Of a DNA stretch of 64,000 bases, positions 48,877 to 62,088 are shown piece by piece (position 1 is the stretch's first letter; each line of letters opens with the position of its first letter). A program made the translations under genes and the position numbers. Below the pieces are notes generated by a model that ran no database searches, was not told the origin of the DNA, and was given only the letters and a program-made list of their open reading frames with translations. Origin of the DNA: Protoeuglena noctilucae (lineage: Eukaryota); assembly GCA_958009085.1 (NCBI GenBank), contig OY253671.1:930001-994000 (forward strand). The letters are read 5' to 3'.

Positions 48877-51744
48877 TCAGGCAGCCCAGGCCGTCCCCGT
48901 CACCTTGGCCGCGAACCCATAGCAATCGGCGATCTCCTCGATCACCTTCGCCGTAGGCTTCCCAGCCCCGTGACCCGCGCGCACTTCGACGCGCACCACG
49001 AGCGGGTTGCGCTGGGGCGAGTCCGGCGACCCGCACAGCGTGTGCTGCAGCTCCGCAATGAGCTTGAGGCTGCGGGCGCAAGCAGGGACAGGGACGTCGT
49101 GAGCTGACGACTGATGCTGGGCTCACGAGCTGGCGTCAGGTCACACCCACCTGTGGGAGGGCACGACGCGGTCGTCGTGGTCGGCGGTCGTGAGGAGCAT
49201 CGGCGGGTAGTTGCGTGTCCCCAGCTCGGGCACCCGGACGTTGTGCAGCGGCGAGTACCCCAGGAGGTAAGCGAACTGCTCCGGGTCGTCCGCGCACCCG
49301 TAGCCCGTCTTCCACGCGTGCCCGATCGTGTGCAGGTGGAAACGCAACATGTCCATGACCCCGACCTTGGCGATGGCGCAGCCGAAGAGGTCCGGGCGCT
49401 GGTTGCAGCACGCGGCGACCAGCAGGCCCCCGTTCGAGCCGCCTTCGATGACGACCCTGCCCCGGGACGTGTACCCGCGCTCAATCAGGTGCTCCGCGCA
49501 AGACTGGAAGTCGTCGAAAACGTTCTGCTTGTTCATCACCGACCCGGCGTCCCTCCAGGAGACGCCGTACTCGCCGCCACCCCTCAGATTGGCCACCGCC
49601 GCGACCCCGTCGTAGGCGCGGAGGAAGGCGATGCGCGAGACGGAGAAGGTCGGGAGGATGGAGACGTTGAAGCCGCCGTAGCCGTAGAGGAGCGTGAGCG
49701 CGGAGCCATCCACGGGACGGCCGCGCCTGTGGATGATGAACATGGGCACCCGCGTGCCGTCGCGGCTCGTGACGAACTCCTGCCGTGTCTCAAAGTCCTC
49801 CGGATCGAACCCCGGCACCTCCGATCGCTGGACGAGCTCCAGGTCCACGCGCGCGCCGCCGTCCCCGATGCTGCCCCGGTAGATGCTGCCGGGGTCCGTG
49901 AAGGACGTGAAATTGACGAAGAAGTCGTCGTGGGACCGCTTGCCGCTCAGCCCTGACAGCGTGCCGATGCCGGGGAGGTCCACGGTCTGCAGAAGCGCCC
50001 CGTCGCTCAGCCGGCGCACCTGCAGCTCGTCTGCGGACAGGACGCGGGCGGGGGGCGACGTCGGCGTGGCGGGCGCGCGCCTCAGCGACCCCGCTGCGGC
50101 GCGGGCCGCGTCGCTGCGCACCCTTGACGTCCACCATGTAGCACGTGAGGAGCGTGTCGTGCTGCACGTGCGCCCACTTGAGCACATCCTTGTCGTGCTG
50201 CGTGCAGCCGACACGCCGGGCATCAGTGACAACAAGGGAGGCAAGGAGGTCCCCACAACAAGCCGCCGCCGTGCGCAGAGAGAGCGGCCTCGCCTGGGGC
50301 ACCACGGTGGCCCAGTCCCGAGGGTCGCCCGCGTCCCGCACGTCGCAGCGCACGAGCTTGTAGCGCGGCGCCCCGCAGTTGGTGCGGAAGGTGAAGACGG
50401 GCCCGTCGTTGCAGACGTACGAATAGCTCCCATCAAACGAGTCCACGAGCTTCGTCAGCGGGACCATGGGGCGACCCTTGGCCACGTCATGCGCCGAGAA
50501 GTCCAGCGACCCGTCCGGCGCACGGGGCACTTGCTCCAGGTCCACCACGTAGAGCCGGTTGGCGGGCAGGCACCCCTCGCTGATGTACAACACCAGGTAC
50601 CTGCGGGCCGGAGTGAATGGGGTCGCCGTTGTTGCGGTTGCCTGATAGCACCAGCCTGACGGCACCAGGGTCTCCTCTGTTTGCCCAAGCAGCCAGGGTC
50701 AAGACTCACTTGCCGTCCTCGGTGACTTCGGCCCCGCACATCCACCGCGGGTGCGCTGGGTCCGCCCACACCACTGGGTCATCCTCCTGCGGCCTCCCTA
50801 AGCGGTGGTAGCAGAGCTGCTGGTTCTCGTTGATGTCCCGCTCCGTGCCCAGCTCCTTCAGCCCCTTGGGTCCCAAGTATCGGTTGTAGAAGATCCCCAG
50901 GCAGTCGTGGGTCCACTCCAGGCTGCTGAACTTGACGTAGCGCAGGGTCCCGGCATCCAACAGCGCCTTCGCCACCCCGTCCGGACGCACGCGCAAGAAC
51001 TTGGCCTCGCACCAGTCGGAACCCCCGCTGGCCAGAAAGTAGGCCACGTGCTCTCCGTCCCGCGCCACGGAGTGCGCGGTGAGCGCCACTGTGCCGTCGG
51101 TCGAAAGCGTGTTGGGGTCCAGCACGGTGCTGGGCTCCCCGTCGAGGGTTGACCGGACCTGCAGCACGTATTGGTTCTGGAGACCCGAGTTGTACATGGC
51201 GAAGTAGCGCTGGCCTTCGCGGTGAGGCACGCCGCGCTTGGGGTAGTCGTAGAGCTTGGTCATCAGGTCGCGGAACGGCCCACGCGTCTCGCACTGCTCC
51301 AACAACGCATCCGTGACTCGGTTCTGGGCATCCACGAAGGCCTTCGTCTCGTCCGCGTCGGGATCCTCGAGCCACCTGCGAAACGAGCGACGTTGCACAG
51401 TGGATCCCAATGTACGAATCCCATGGGGCAGCGCATTGTGCACTCGTACGCACCGATATGGGTCTGCCACTTTGACGCCGTGGATCTCCTCCACCACCGT
51501 GGCATCCCTTCGCACATCGGGGTACTGGCTGGGCAGGACCTGCGTAAAGAGGGAGCCTTTTACGCTCACCGTGACTTGGAGCAGCTGCGCGCTGCCTATG
51601 CTCCCCTCATGAGCTGCATTGGCTTGCCTGCAGCGTCTCCGTGACGACAGCGCCCTCGCGAGGGGAGCGCGCTGCCATGGTCGTCCGCACCACGGATGCT
51701 CTCGCCGAGATCGGTCGTGCAACGCGAAGGGACGCCTGTAGCAT
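48877..51744 (-). CDS. PREP: Prolyl oligopeptidase (S9A)
   Basis: YPDVRRD...VADPYRWLEDPD, NSGLQNQ, LDPN, YGYGGFN, ANLRGGGEYG. Catalytic triad: GGSNGG (Ser), DHDDRVVPSH (Asp), AGHGAGKP (His). GC donors at 51627 and 50293. Confidence 0.96.
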
Positions 51745-51994
51745 GGAGCAGGAAGCGGCGACGCAAGTCTCGGCTGCAGGCAGTCGGCAACAATCGTTGC
51801 AAGCAATGCACGAGATCCGAAAACCTGTCTGCAGCTATCGCGCAGAAACTGGCAATTTGCCGCCAGTGTTTCGAAGTCGCGCATCGGTGAAACAGTGCCG
51901 AGGTGATCCAGAATTGTTGTGTCGGTGTTCACGAGCGCATCCTGACGATCCATCGGCGAACCTGGCAATCACTGCGCACAGACCAGCCCCTGCA

Positions 51995-54027
51995 ATGGTT
52001 GGGGTCCTGGGGATAGCGCGGGCGGGCATTGGAGGCCCGTCGCGTGCAGGGACGCTGCATCGGTGCGGCGCGGTGCGCGGGACGGCACCCGTCGCTGCAG
52101 ATTGGCGCGAGAAGGCCAAGCCCATCGCACCTGGCTCGCCCTATCCCGCGAAGGAGCACTGCTCGAAATGCGGGCTGTGCGACACGTACTACGTGGCCCA
52201 TGTGAAGGAGGCGTGCGCTTTCCTCGGATCGGGAATGTCGGATGTGGAAGCGGAGATGGAGCAGGCGGTTCATGGGCGCCGGCGTGACCCCAGGTCAGAG
52301 GACGAGGACCTGCTGGGCGTGGTGGAGCGGACGCTGTATGCGCGCGTGCGGCCATCAGTCCCGGGCGCTCAGTGGACGGGCATCGTGACGAGCATCGCCA
52401 CACGGATGCTCGAGCGTGGCATGGTCGATGCGGTCGTGTGCGTGCAGAGCCAGGTGTGACGCCGAGGGTCAGGCTAAGCTCTTGAGAGGCCCCTGAACAG
52501 CATCTTGCATTCGTGGTCGTGAAGAGACACATACCAACTTCTGGTGTCTCTCTGTCGGCACGCAGGACGACGACCGCTTCGCGCCCAAGCCGGTGGTGGC
52601 GACGACGGTGGAGGAGGTGCTAGCCGCACGGGGTGTCAAGCCGTGCCTGAGCAACAACCTGTCCGTCCTCGCCACGGTGGAGGCGATTCAGGCCAAGCGA
52701 CTCCTCTTCATCGGGGTCGGGTGCCAGGTCCAAGCCCTCCGCAAGGTGCAGCAGCACCTGTTGGGCCTCGAGGAGCTGTATGTGCTTGGTGAGACCCGAG
52801 TGCGCTGGATGTGGACGTGCGGTGGGTGGGGTTGGGCAGGCCAGCACTGCGCCCTGCACTGCACCAGCACTGCGGCATGTCGTCAAAGCCACGTGCTTGC
52901 GTCTCGCAGGGACCAACTGCGTCGACAACGGCACGCGGGAAGGGTTCGAGACCTTCCGACTAAACGCCAGCGAGACCCCGGACACTGGTGGGTGCTGTGC
53001 GTGGTGGGACACTTGGAGCCAGGTTTCTGCGACCCCCGTGCCACTGCCGCGCTCGTCACGGTGATGCCCTCCCGCTGTGACGCTTTGCCCGCAGTCCTCC
53101 ACTACGAGTTCATGCAGAATTACAACGTCTTCATAAAGCACACGGACGGGCACACGGAGAAGGTCCCTTACTTCTCCCTCCCGGCAAAGAAGCTGTCCAA
53201 CGTGATTGCGCCGTCGTGCTACAGCTGCTTCGACTACACCAACGCCCTCGCGGACCTCACCGTGGGGTACATGGGTGCGGTGCTGCGGCAGATATCATGG
53301 CGTGCACGTGTGATGATGCCCTGCCGCAGCTGCAACTGCGGCGCCTGTTGATGCAACGTCCATGGCAGTGCTCGTGTGGCTGCGCAGGGGTGCCCTACCA
53401 GGGCGTGGACATGACAGAGCACCTGCAGTACGTGACGGTACGCAACGAGCGGGGCAGGAAGATGCTGGAGACGATTCGGGACGTGCTGGAGGAAGTCCCT
53501 GCGACGTCGTCAGGAAGCAGAGGGGAGCTGGTGATGCAGACGCTGCTGAGGCGAGTGCGGGCAGAGTATGGGTGCATGTGTGTGTCACTGTAGAGGTGGC
53601 AGCACCTGTGATTGCGCCCCTTTGGCAGGAGCACGGCAGAGACGCGCGTCGAGCTCTGCTCACAGTGACGACATGGCCAAGTTCGGGGAGGGTCCGGACC
53701 CCATGCCCCGGTGGCTTGGCCGAGTCCTGGCGGCCATCGTCACGTTCGTGGGGCCCAAGGGCATCGAGTTTGCCAAGTACTCAGGCGAGGGCAGACCCCC
53801 GTTGCGATGATACCTGAGGGTCATGAGACGGCAGTACCTAAGCGATGTGTAGTGTGTTTCCCGCAGTCGAGTACCACTACCTACGGAACTGGCTGTATGT
53901 GCACCGCCACTGGAAGCCCGAACGTGCTGCGGCGTACGTCCCCGCTTACGTGCGGCGCCTGGTGGAAAGGTACGACCGGGACGGCAAGATGACCGAGCTG
54001 CTGCGAAAGGGGAGGCCGGGCAAGTAG
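51995..54027 (+). CDS. HCAR: 7-hydroxymethyl chlorophyll a reductase, chloroplastic (FrhB-like)
   Basis: DWREKAKPIAPGSPYPAKEHCSKCGLCDTYYVAHVKEACAFLG, GAQWTGIVT, GVGCQVQALR, GTNCVDNG, HYEFMQ, CYSCFDYTNALAD, GPKGIEFAKYSVEYHYLRN. GC donors at 53551 and 53785. Confidence 0.95.
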
Positions 54028-54181
54028 CACGGTGGTTGCCTCAGCAACCACCGTGAGACGGCAGTCCAGTGGGCGAGTGTGTCCCGAGCGCAGTGAGCGC
54101 GCAGAGTTTGGCCAGATAAAACACCCCAGCAGTTCAATTGCACAGCTTCCCCTCCAATGTCATGCTCAAGGAAACACGTCG

Positions 54182-54854
54182 TCAGGCGCACATGCACCCT
54201 GCTTCCTCCTTCGACACACAAAGCACATCTGCTAGCTCATGGCGGTCACAGGTCCTCCTCGAGGCCGGGGTAGGGCACCTGGTCTTCCAATCAAAGCCAC
54301 ACTTCTCCATCGCGTCCATGCGGAACTCATCAAACGCGCCCCACGTCACGTCCTTGGCCACCACGTTTGCCGTGCACTGCGGTCCCAGAACAACTTGAGC
54401 TCGGTCGCAACTGCCGCTAAGCTGATACTGCCACACGTCGCCATGCAGCTAGCGGGCGCCGCTCACCAGAAGGTCCCCCACTTGCACGCCAAACCAGTCC
54501 ATGATCAGGTATGCGGGGCAGTCGTAGCGCTCCCGCGTATACTTGTCGCCGGGAGGGATGTACGTGGTCAAGAAGAGCGCCAGGTCATCGGAGCTGGCGC
54601 ACCCGTCGCCTGCGCCGACGGGGGAGGAATGCCCCAACATCCAAAGAGATCTCTCGCATGGCTGCCGGCGAGCACGCCTCCCTGAGCCAGCTGCCGCCAT
54701 GCATTGGTCGCCTCTCACCGTCCGTGTCCATGGGGACGTACGTCAAGGGGAACGTCATCACGGATGCCGGCAGGCTGCACCGCGCATCGCTCCAACTCCC
54801 CAGGAGCGCCGCCATGCAGAACAGCACGAGGACAGGGGGCAGTCGCAAAGACAT
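54182..54854 (-). CDS. Small secreted Cys-containing hypothetical protein (2+ introns)
   Basis: Signal peptide MSLRLPPVLVLFCMAALLGSWSDA. GT-AG introns link exons with Cys/Trp/Asp-rich sequence (YDCPAYLIMDWFG; WGAFDEFRMDAMEKCGFDW). The 3' end is uncertain. Confidence 0.55.
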
Positions 54855-55255
54855 TATGCACAGTCTACGAAGCCGAGCTGTCCACCAGGGGATTGAGAAA
54901 GTGTGAAGTTCTGTGGTGTGTGTCGAGAATGCCTGCGGTGCGACGAGTGGGTCAGGAAGGAGCGCTACGCTGCGTGACGTGATCTCGTCATGGACGGGAT
55001 TACTGGATCCTCATAGGGTTGCCACGAAACAGGACGACCTGACGCACGCAGCGTCGGAACATGCCGACCAGTGAATCGCTCACACGGCGTATCGCCCAGC
55101 TGCACTTGCATGGTGTCCCAGCTTGTATTCTGGACTCCCTGGTCGGACTCCCTGGTCGATACACGTCTGCTTGTGGTCTTCGAGCGAAGAAAGGGCAGTG
55201 GCTTGTTGCGAGCTGCCGCTGCAGCTGCCGCAGACCCCGCACCGCTAGTCCGGCG

Positions 55256-56306
55256 ATGCTGAGCACTGCGCGACTTCCGGGTCCCGCGCCCACCGGGCGC
55301 CAGGCGCGGTTGGCGGGCCAGAGGCCACGCGCTTCGTCTGGAGCCGCTACTGCGACATCCGCGAGCTCCGATGCCGTCGAGCTGATCAAGAAGGCAGCAA
55401 AGTGAGCCTGTCTTTCCCTGCACTTCATCCTTGGGGACAGTCCTGCCTTGGTCCCCCACCACGACCACTACCTCTTCCAAACTCGTTTCCATCCCTCGCG
55501 AGAGCAGGGGCGGATTTGGCCAGCCCAGCCCCGCCGAGGTGCTTCAGGCGGTGAAGACGCTCGAGCGGAGCAACATCCCCGCTGGGGACGACCTCCTGGC
55601 CAGGCTTGGTGGCGAGCAGAGCCCCGGGTTCCGCTGGCGCCTGGTCTACGCATCAGGGCAGAAGGGCAAGACCCCGGGGAGCTTCTTCCCGATCCCCGCG
55701 TGCCAGCGCTGGGACGCCAGCAAGGGCGTCATTGAGAACGGGGTCTATCTGGGTGGCATCCTCGGCTTGATTTTCCAGGTACGCAGAGACCACCGCCACA
55801 GCGCACAGAAAGACACACATTATTCGACGCTCACGTGGCCACGGCCGCACCAACCTTGCGATTCGTGCGACGCAGGGGCCATTCAACCTGGAGGGCCGCA
55901 TCCTGCGCTTCGACTTCAACCGACTCGCTCTGCGCCTGGGCCCCTGGAAGCCCACGTTCACGATCAAGCAGGAGACGAACGACTTCCTCGAGAAGCTCAT
56001 CGTGCGGAGAGGTGGGGCGGCACTGCGAGAACTGCTATCGCCATGGTGGCGCACGTGGGCCCACGCGCACAGGGGACTGGCCAGGTGTCGCTCCCTTCAC
56101 CTGGCACACAAACTCACCGCCACCGCCGAATTGCGAGCGCAGGCATGACCGAGTTCACCCCGGCCAAGAGGTCTCTTCCCTTGTTCAAGATCATCTACGT
56201 GGATGACGAGGTGGCGGTGGCGCGCGGCCGCAGCGGGGGCCTCGCCTTCTGGGCCCGCACGACGCCCACGTGGGAGCTCGAGAACCACGTGGAAGGGCTC
56301 GACTAA
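55256..56306 (+). CDS. Plastid PAP/fibrillin-like (lipocalin-fold) protein
   Basis: Transit peptide, EVLQAVKTLE, RWRLVYASG, IENGVYLG, FDFNRL and IIYVDDEVAVARGRSGGLAFW, which is typical of a fibrillin-like C-terminus. Confidence 0.75.
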
Positions 56307-56357
56307 ACGCGCGGCGCGAGCAATTGCCTACGCCTGCCCTGCTGCCCTGACTCCGCA

Positions 56358-58328
56358 TCAGGCGGCCGACGTCCCCGCCGCTGCCGCCACCGCTTGCCCT
56401 CTCGTGCGCTGCATGGCTTCCTTCGAGATGTCCTGCGTAATCTTGCTCACCACGTCCAGCACGCGGTCGATGTTCCTGCCCCAGTCGTTCAGCACGTCGT
56501 CCGCCGTTTGAACCTTGCCGAACCGCACGATGCCCTGCGAAGGAAACGACACCAGACCCTGTCCTGTCACCTTACTGCCCCAGCCCAAGCGCCAGGCCCA
56601 ATTGGCTGGCTCCTACCGAATCTCCCTATCGACAGCGTTGGTGGACAGGAAAGTGACCGTCCCACCGCACCCGCATGCCCCACCCGCCCCGTATACGCCG
56701 CCGCACCTTGGGCCGGTCGATGCGCACCGTCACCGCCTTCCCGTTGACCATGTCGGCCAGGTGACGCTCGGCCTCGGCGATGGGCAGGGCCAGGAGCTGC
56801 CCCAGGCGCTGCATCGTGACGCGCGTGTAGTACTTGGATACCACGAGGATGTTGTGCTGCACCACCCGGAGGCGGAGGTCCTCGCGCCGCTTGGTCCCGC
56901 GCGGCCCCGCGAAGACCTCCGGCGTCGCTTCCATCTCCGGGGCGAAGCGGGACTGGAAGGCGTCCCACGGCGCAATCTCGACGGTCGTGAAGGTGCGCAG
57001 GAGCTCGCGGCAGGCGGGGAGGTCCTGCATGCGTTTGTCCTGCATCGTCGTGTTGAGCAGCGTGTTGTGCTCGACGCCGGCCGGCGACAGCGCCAGGTAC
57101 CAGCAGATGTTCCGCAGCACGGGCTGCCACTGCCCCGCGTCCGCCTGCACGCTGTCTGTGTCGTAGATGGCCCGGAAGCACCGGCAGACCTCCAGGTAGT
57201 CGTCCTGGGCCTCGTAGTACCGGATCATCATCCGATAGTACCGAATCTTGAGCTCCTCCACCCCGGGGGTGCCCTCCTCCGGGGGCTCGATGCGCGTCCC
57301 CTCAATCCTGCAGCACACGGCGCAGTCCGGGACGCATGAGGGTCGCGAGTAAGCTCGCGCAGTCGCGGGATGCCGAGACAGTCGCGAGCCGTCTGCGCGC
57401 GGGAGAGAAGGGCAGGGTGGAGCGGGTCACGCACCCGAACGCCTGCTCTGGGCCGGTGGACTTCTTGAACGCCCCCGGAGAGATCTTCTTGGCGAGGATC
57501 TGTGCGCGCACGTTGTCCCCGCGGTCGAGGCAGAGCCGGACTTGCTCCAGGATGTAGCTGATCTTCTCCAGCTTGTGCATGGCGCCAAACGTCTCGACCG
57601 CCACCTCTTGCAAAAGGTCAGCAGCCCCCGCCACGTCGCCCTGGCTTTCCCGGATGCCGGCCAAGCGCTTGGTGAGGCGGGCGCGCTCGATCTCGACGAA
57701 GATCTTGCCCATCGTGACGCCCAGGAGGGTCTCGATGAGCTTAACCTGGGTCGCCTGGTCCGGGGCCTGGTCCACGTACCGCATGGCCTGCCGCACGAAG
57801 TCCTGGATTGCACCCCGCAGCTGCGCCCGGCGCTTGGAGAGCAGCAGGATGTGCTCCATCAGCAGGTCCCACTTGCCCGCCGCGAAGCAGCACTCGAGCA
57901 GCGCCCGGCACGCCCGCGACGTGCCCCCGACGTCCTCCGCGAGACGCTCCGTGCGCTCGAGCGCCAGGAGTCCCTGCAGCGCCGCATCAAGACCTCCCTG
58001 CACGAATTCGGGGACCCACAGCGTCGCTGGCGGCGCGGGCGCGGAGGGAGCCGAAGTCCAAAGCAGTTGGGAATGTCGGCCTGCTCCCAGCGCGCGGTAC
58101 GGGATCGCTGGGTCCCGGGACCCACAAAGGAGCTCGCAGTCACTCGACCATGGCGCGGACTTCGCGGGATGCGCGAATCACGCGGCGCAGCGGGAGATGG
58201 CACCGTGGCAAGCGCTAGGCGCCCCTTGCCTTCGCTGCCAGCTCCTTGTACCCCGCGATGTCGGTCTCCAGACTCGAGTAATCCCGCGCCTTCTTGCTCG
58301 TCTCCCCCTCCGGCTTGTCCACGGCCAT
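56358..58328 (-). CDS. RPN5: 26S proteasome non-ATPase regulatory subunit 12
   Basis: LLALERTERLAED, LLSKRRAQL, GKIFVEIERARLT, LQEVAVETFGAM, ILEQVRLCL, RVVQHNILVVSKYYTRV, RIDRP, LNDWGRNI. GC donor at 58229. Confidence 0.96.
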
Positions 58329-58866
58329 GCTGCTCCCCGCCGCCCCCGTGTCCTCCGGGACTGCCATTCTCGCGCCCTCCTAGCCTCCCGCAGCAGATCC
58401 TCTCCGCCAACAGCAACCTCGCGACAATGGGACCTTCGCGTCGATCACCTCGCGCCGCGACCGTCCCAGGGAAGCGCGCACAGTGCAACTATTTGCGAAT
58501 GCTACCAACGTGTGCCTCTGAACGCGCGCGGGTGGTGGGCGCAGCAACGGGCGACTGAGGATGGCGCGTCTGAACACACGGGTCAGCAGACATTCCGCAC
58601 ATAGCCAGCTCGGGCCGTGTCCGACACTGACAGTCACGCCAGCACAATGCGCGCTTGCTTTCGGAGCGGAGGCCTCGCTGGTGGTCATGCCAACGTCGCT
58701 GACTTGTTGGCGGTCGCGCAGAGACTCTCCGCCATCGTGGTGGTGACGAAAGGCCGGGCAGTCTTTGGTCCGCTCGCCTGCTCGCCCTGCGTCGACGTCT
58801 CCCGCTGCGCCCAGCGACTCTGTCAGGGAGGGGCACTTACCCGAGCATGGCCTGCTGAGGGCAGAC

Positions 58867-61800
58867 ATGGCGGACGTGGATAGCTCGGCGCCCGACAAAG
58901 CGGGGCTGAGGGAGGACCAAATCGGCAACGCCGTGGCCTTCCTCCAGCACCCGAAAGTCCGAAACGCAGGTGTGATGCAGTTGATGAGTGCGGTGCAATT
59001 GAGGAGAGCCAGCCTCGCCAGCTTCGCCCGTCCTCCCCCCCCCCCTGAGCCGCTTGCCTCGCCGGCCCGCTGCGCCGCAGAAGTCAGCGCGAAGAAGGAT
59101 TTCCTGAAACAGAAGGGGCTCACCGAGGACGAGATCGAGGAGGCATTCCGTCGCGCGGCGGCGGCCGGCCCCACGGAAGGGGCCCTGCCTGCCCCAGCTC
59201 CAGCACTGGCAGCGCCGTCGAGCGCCCCGGCCAAGCCCTGGCAGCAACCGAGCCAGATTGCTGTCCCCCCTGCCGCTCCAGCCCCGGCCCCGGCCCCGGC
59301 GAAGGAGGGGCGCGGGACCCTGCGCACGGTGCTGGGGCTCGCTGTGCTTGGTGGAGGACTCTACGGGTTGCAGAGGCTCGTGCAGCCGTACGTCACGGAG
59401 TGGATCCAGGCCTGGCGCGACAAGCGGCGGGCCGAGGTCCAGGTGGGCCGCGACCCACAAGGGCCACCACATGTATTCATGCCGCCGACGCGAGGGCATG
59501 AGCGGCGTGTTGCTGACAGAAGCCCGCCTGACAGAGCCCGCGTTCTGTTCCCGGACTCGCAGGAGAAGGAGGACCGGCTTGCGAAGATCGCGGAACGCAT
59601 GAGCGTGGAGTACTCGGAGCTGCACGTGAAGCTGAGCGACGTGGCCAGCTCGGTTGGACGCCTGGCGGCCAGCCTTGAGGCACAGGCGAGGAGGCGCAGA
59701 GACAGACGCGTCGGCTGCATCGGCTGCTTGCCCGCGCAGCATACCTTGACGCGAGCTGTCGCCCTGCCGTGGCGCAGGGTCGCTCCAGCACAGGCGTGTC
59801 GCTGTCAGACCTGCGCCAGGAGCTCCGCACGTTCGCCGCGGTGATACAGGACGCCGCGCCCTCCCCGAATCCCAAGTCCGCGGGGCCCCTATCCAGGTGA
59901 ATGCAGCGACTATGTTGGAATGCAGTCGGTCATGTCGGCGATCATCGTAGCGGGGGTTGCGACTGACGTGCTCCCTGCTCGCGGCTGGCATGACTGCAAC
60001 CGCCCTTCGCGTTCCTGCACTGCAGCGCGGTCGCGGAGTCGCGTGCGTCTCCTGAGATGGACGCCCGCGTGGAGGAGCTGGCCAGCCGCATGGACGCCCT
60101 GCAGGCAGAGCTGGGGTCGCTCCGCGCGAGCGTGGCATCCGCGGCTGCCCTGGGCACCAGCCACAGCAACGCGGCGTCTCCGTCGGGATGGGGGCAGCGC
60201 CCGGGGCCCAACCTCACGGGGGGATCTGAGAGGCCGTCTGGCGGCTCCAGCATCAGGTGATGGGCGGCGGTAGCGGGGGTGGCATACATGGCGATGATAG
60301 TTGAGACGCTTAGTGGTTGATGCGAGGACGAGATGGGCGCCTGAGTCATCTTGTGTCTTCTCGCCAACGCCGGCCCGCCTCTCCCTGCCCGCAGCCTGTC
60401 TCATCAGGGCACGCCTGCGGCAGACGCCAGGGCACACCCCGCGCAGCAGCTCTCTTACCAGGACATCCTCGACATGGTGCAGAGGGGCGAGACCCCACCC
60501 AACATCCGCAAGGACATCGGTGAGTGCTCATGCAGGCACGCGCGACGTGCAATGTGGGGTGCGGTAAGGGGGCTGATCGAGAGCAGCCGCGAGATTGGAA
60601 TGCGCAGTAATAGCGCTGCAGCTTCTTGGCGCTTGGATTATACTTTCCTCGTTGTGTCGCTCTACCCTTCAGGTGTACTGCAACCCCAGACACTTGTTGC
60701 TCGCAGTGGACTCCCCGCCGGACCCCTCTCGGCCCCTCCCGCCCCGTTTAATGGCGCTGCGGCCCAAGCCGTGGCAGGCCAGCAGCGGGGGCGGCCCAGG
60801 CGCCATCACACCGCCCACGCCACCCCCGCCCGCCCCGGGCCCCGTGGGCCAGCCCTCGGGGTCAGCCCGGGAGGCCCTGGCGCCAGGCCCCGCGCCCGTG
60901 TTCCGCAGCGACAGTCGGGTGGAGGATCTCAAGCCCTGGCAGGCCATGCAAGCCGGCATGGCCGTGCAGCCGCCACCCCACATCCGGAGGTGAGCCGCGT
61001 GGCGTCCGGCATCCGCACTCGCACATCTTTCACGTCTCCCGTCTTATCGAGGTTTCATCATCACTTGTGCATCGCTGCCCCACCATGGCGCAGAGCAGCA
61101 CACCGCGACTCGCTTCCCTTTGCAGTGCGGACTCGTACCTCCCCTACACCACCCTGGCTGCCGACAACCGCCGCTACGACGGACACACGGCCAACGCGCG
61201 CTCCGACGGCACGCCTGCCGCGACGGGGCCCCCAGAGCGCCACTTGCCACCGCAAGCCACCCCGGCCATGTCAGGGGTGTCGTCTGGTTCCACCGCACCG
61301 CCCCCCGGGTCTGCCTCTGGCTCCACGCCGCGCCAGGCGGGCGCGGGCCCCGCCGCGCAGTCGCCGCTGGCCTCCACGGCCGCCCCGACCGCGTCGTCTT
61401 CAGGGACGCAGTCGTCCTTCTCGCCTTACCACCACATGTACCACAGCCGGGGGGGCGCGGCGGGCGGCGCAGCCACGCCGGACACGGCCACGGGCGGCCG
61501 AGGGCCCGGGGGCTGGGGCGACGCCGCTTTGGGGGACGCACGCCGCAATGCGGGTGGGGTAGCTGTGGCGGGGTGGCAAGGGTCCATGCAGGGCGAGGGG
61601 GCGGAGGAGGATGCGTGGACCCCACCGCCGATGCCGAAGCCAACGCTGGTGAGGAACGGGGGTCGAGTCCAGGGCAAGGAGGGGAACGGGGAGGGGTCGG
61701 TGGACCGGGGGTCGGAGACGGCGGGGGACGTGGGGGAGAGTGGGGCGGGGCCAAGCGGGGCCTCTGGCGCGAACGGTCATCATGCTGAAAGGGGCAGCCG

Positions 61801-61909
61801 GGGCGAGGAGGACGCTCCGGGCAGTTCGGGGGAAGGGCGCAAGGGGTCCGGGCTTCGTGTGAGCGCCGCGGAGTTCACGCCCGGGGCTGCTGGGGAGTCT
61901 GAGGCGTGA
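58867..61909 (+). CDS. PEX14: Peroxisomal membrane docking protein PEX14
   Basis: REDQIGNAVAFLQHPKVR...KKDFLKQKGLTEDEIEEAFRR (Pex14 N-domain), a TM segment, coiled coil, SYQDILDMVQRGETPPNIRKDI and KPW motifs as in plant PEX14. Confidence 0.93.
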
Positions 61910-62088
61910 GGAGAGAGACGGGGCTAGCAGTTCAACCACGCGCGTTGAATGCGAGAGCTGGGCAGTTTACAAGGTCCAGGGCGGCGTCTGCTACTTCGCG
62001 ACAGCTGCGAGCGTGCATGGTGCTACCACAACTCCACCACTAATATGCAACTATGCTCTATGCCGGGGTAGTTGCCTTGACGCATCGA

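Noticed and set aside
51995..54027. Archaeal F420 hydrogenase beta subunit or BciB divinyl reductase
   Set aside because: The N-terminal DWREK..KPI.PG..YPAKEHCSKCGLCDTYY and the transit peptide fit the green-lineage HCAR subfamily better.
61931..61949. Small hairpin TTCAAC-n7-GTTGAA after the PEX14 stop
   Set aside because: A 6-bp stem is expected by chance, and there is no other support.
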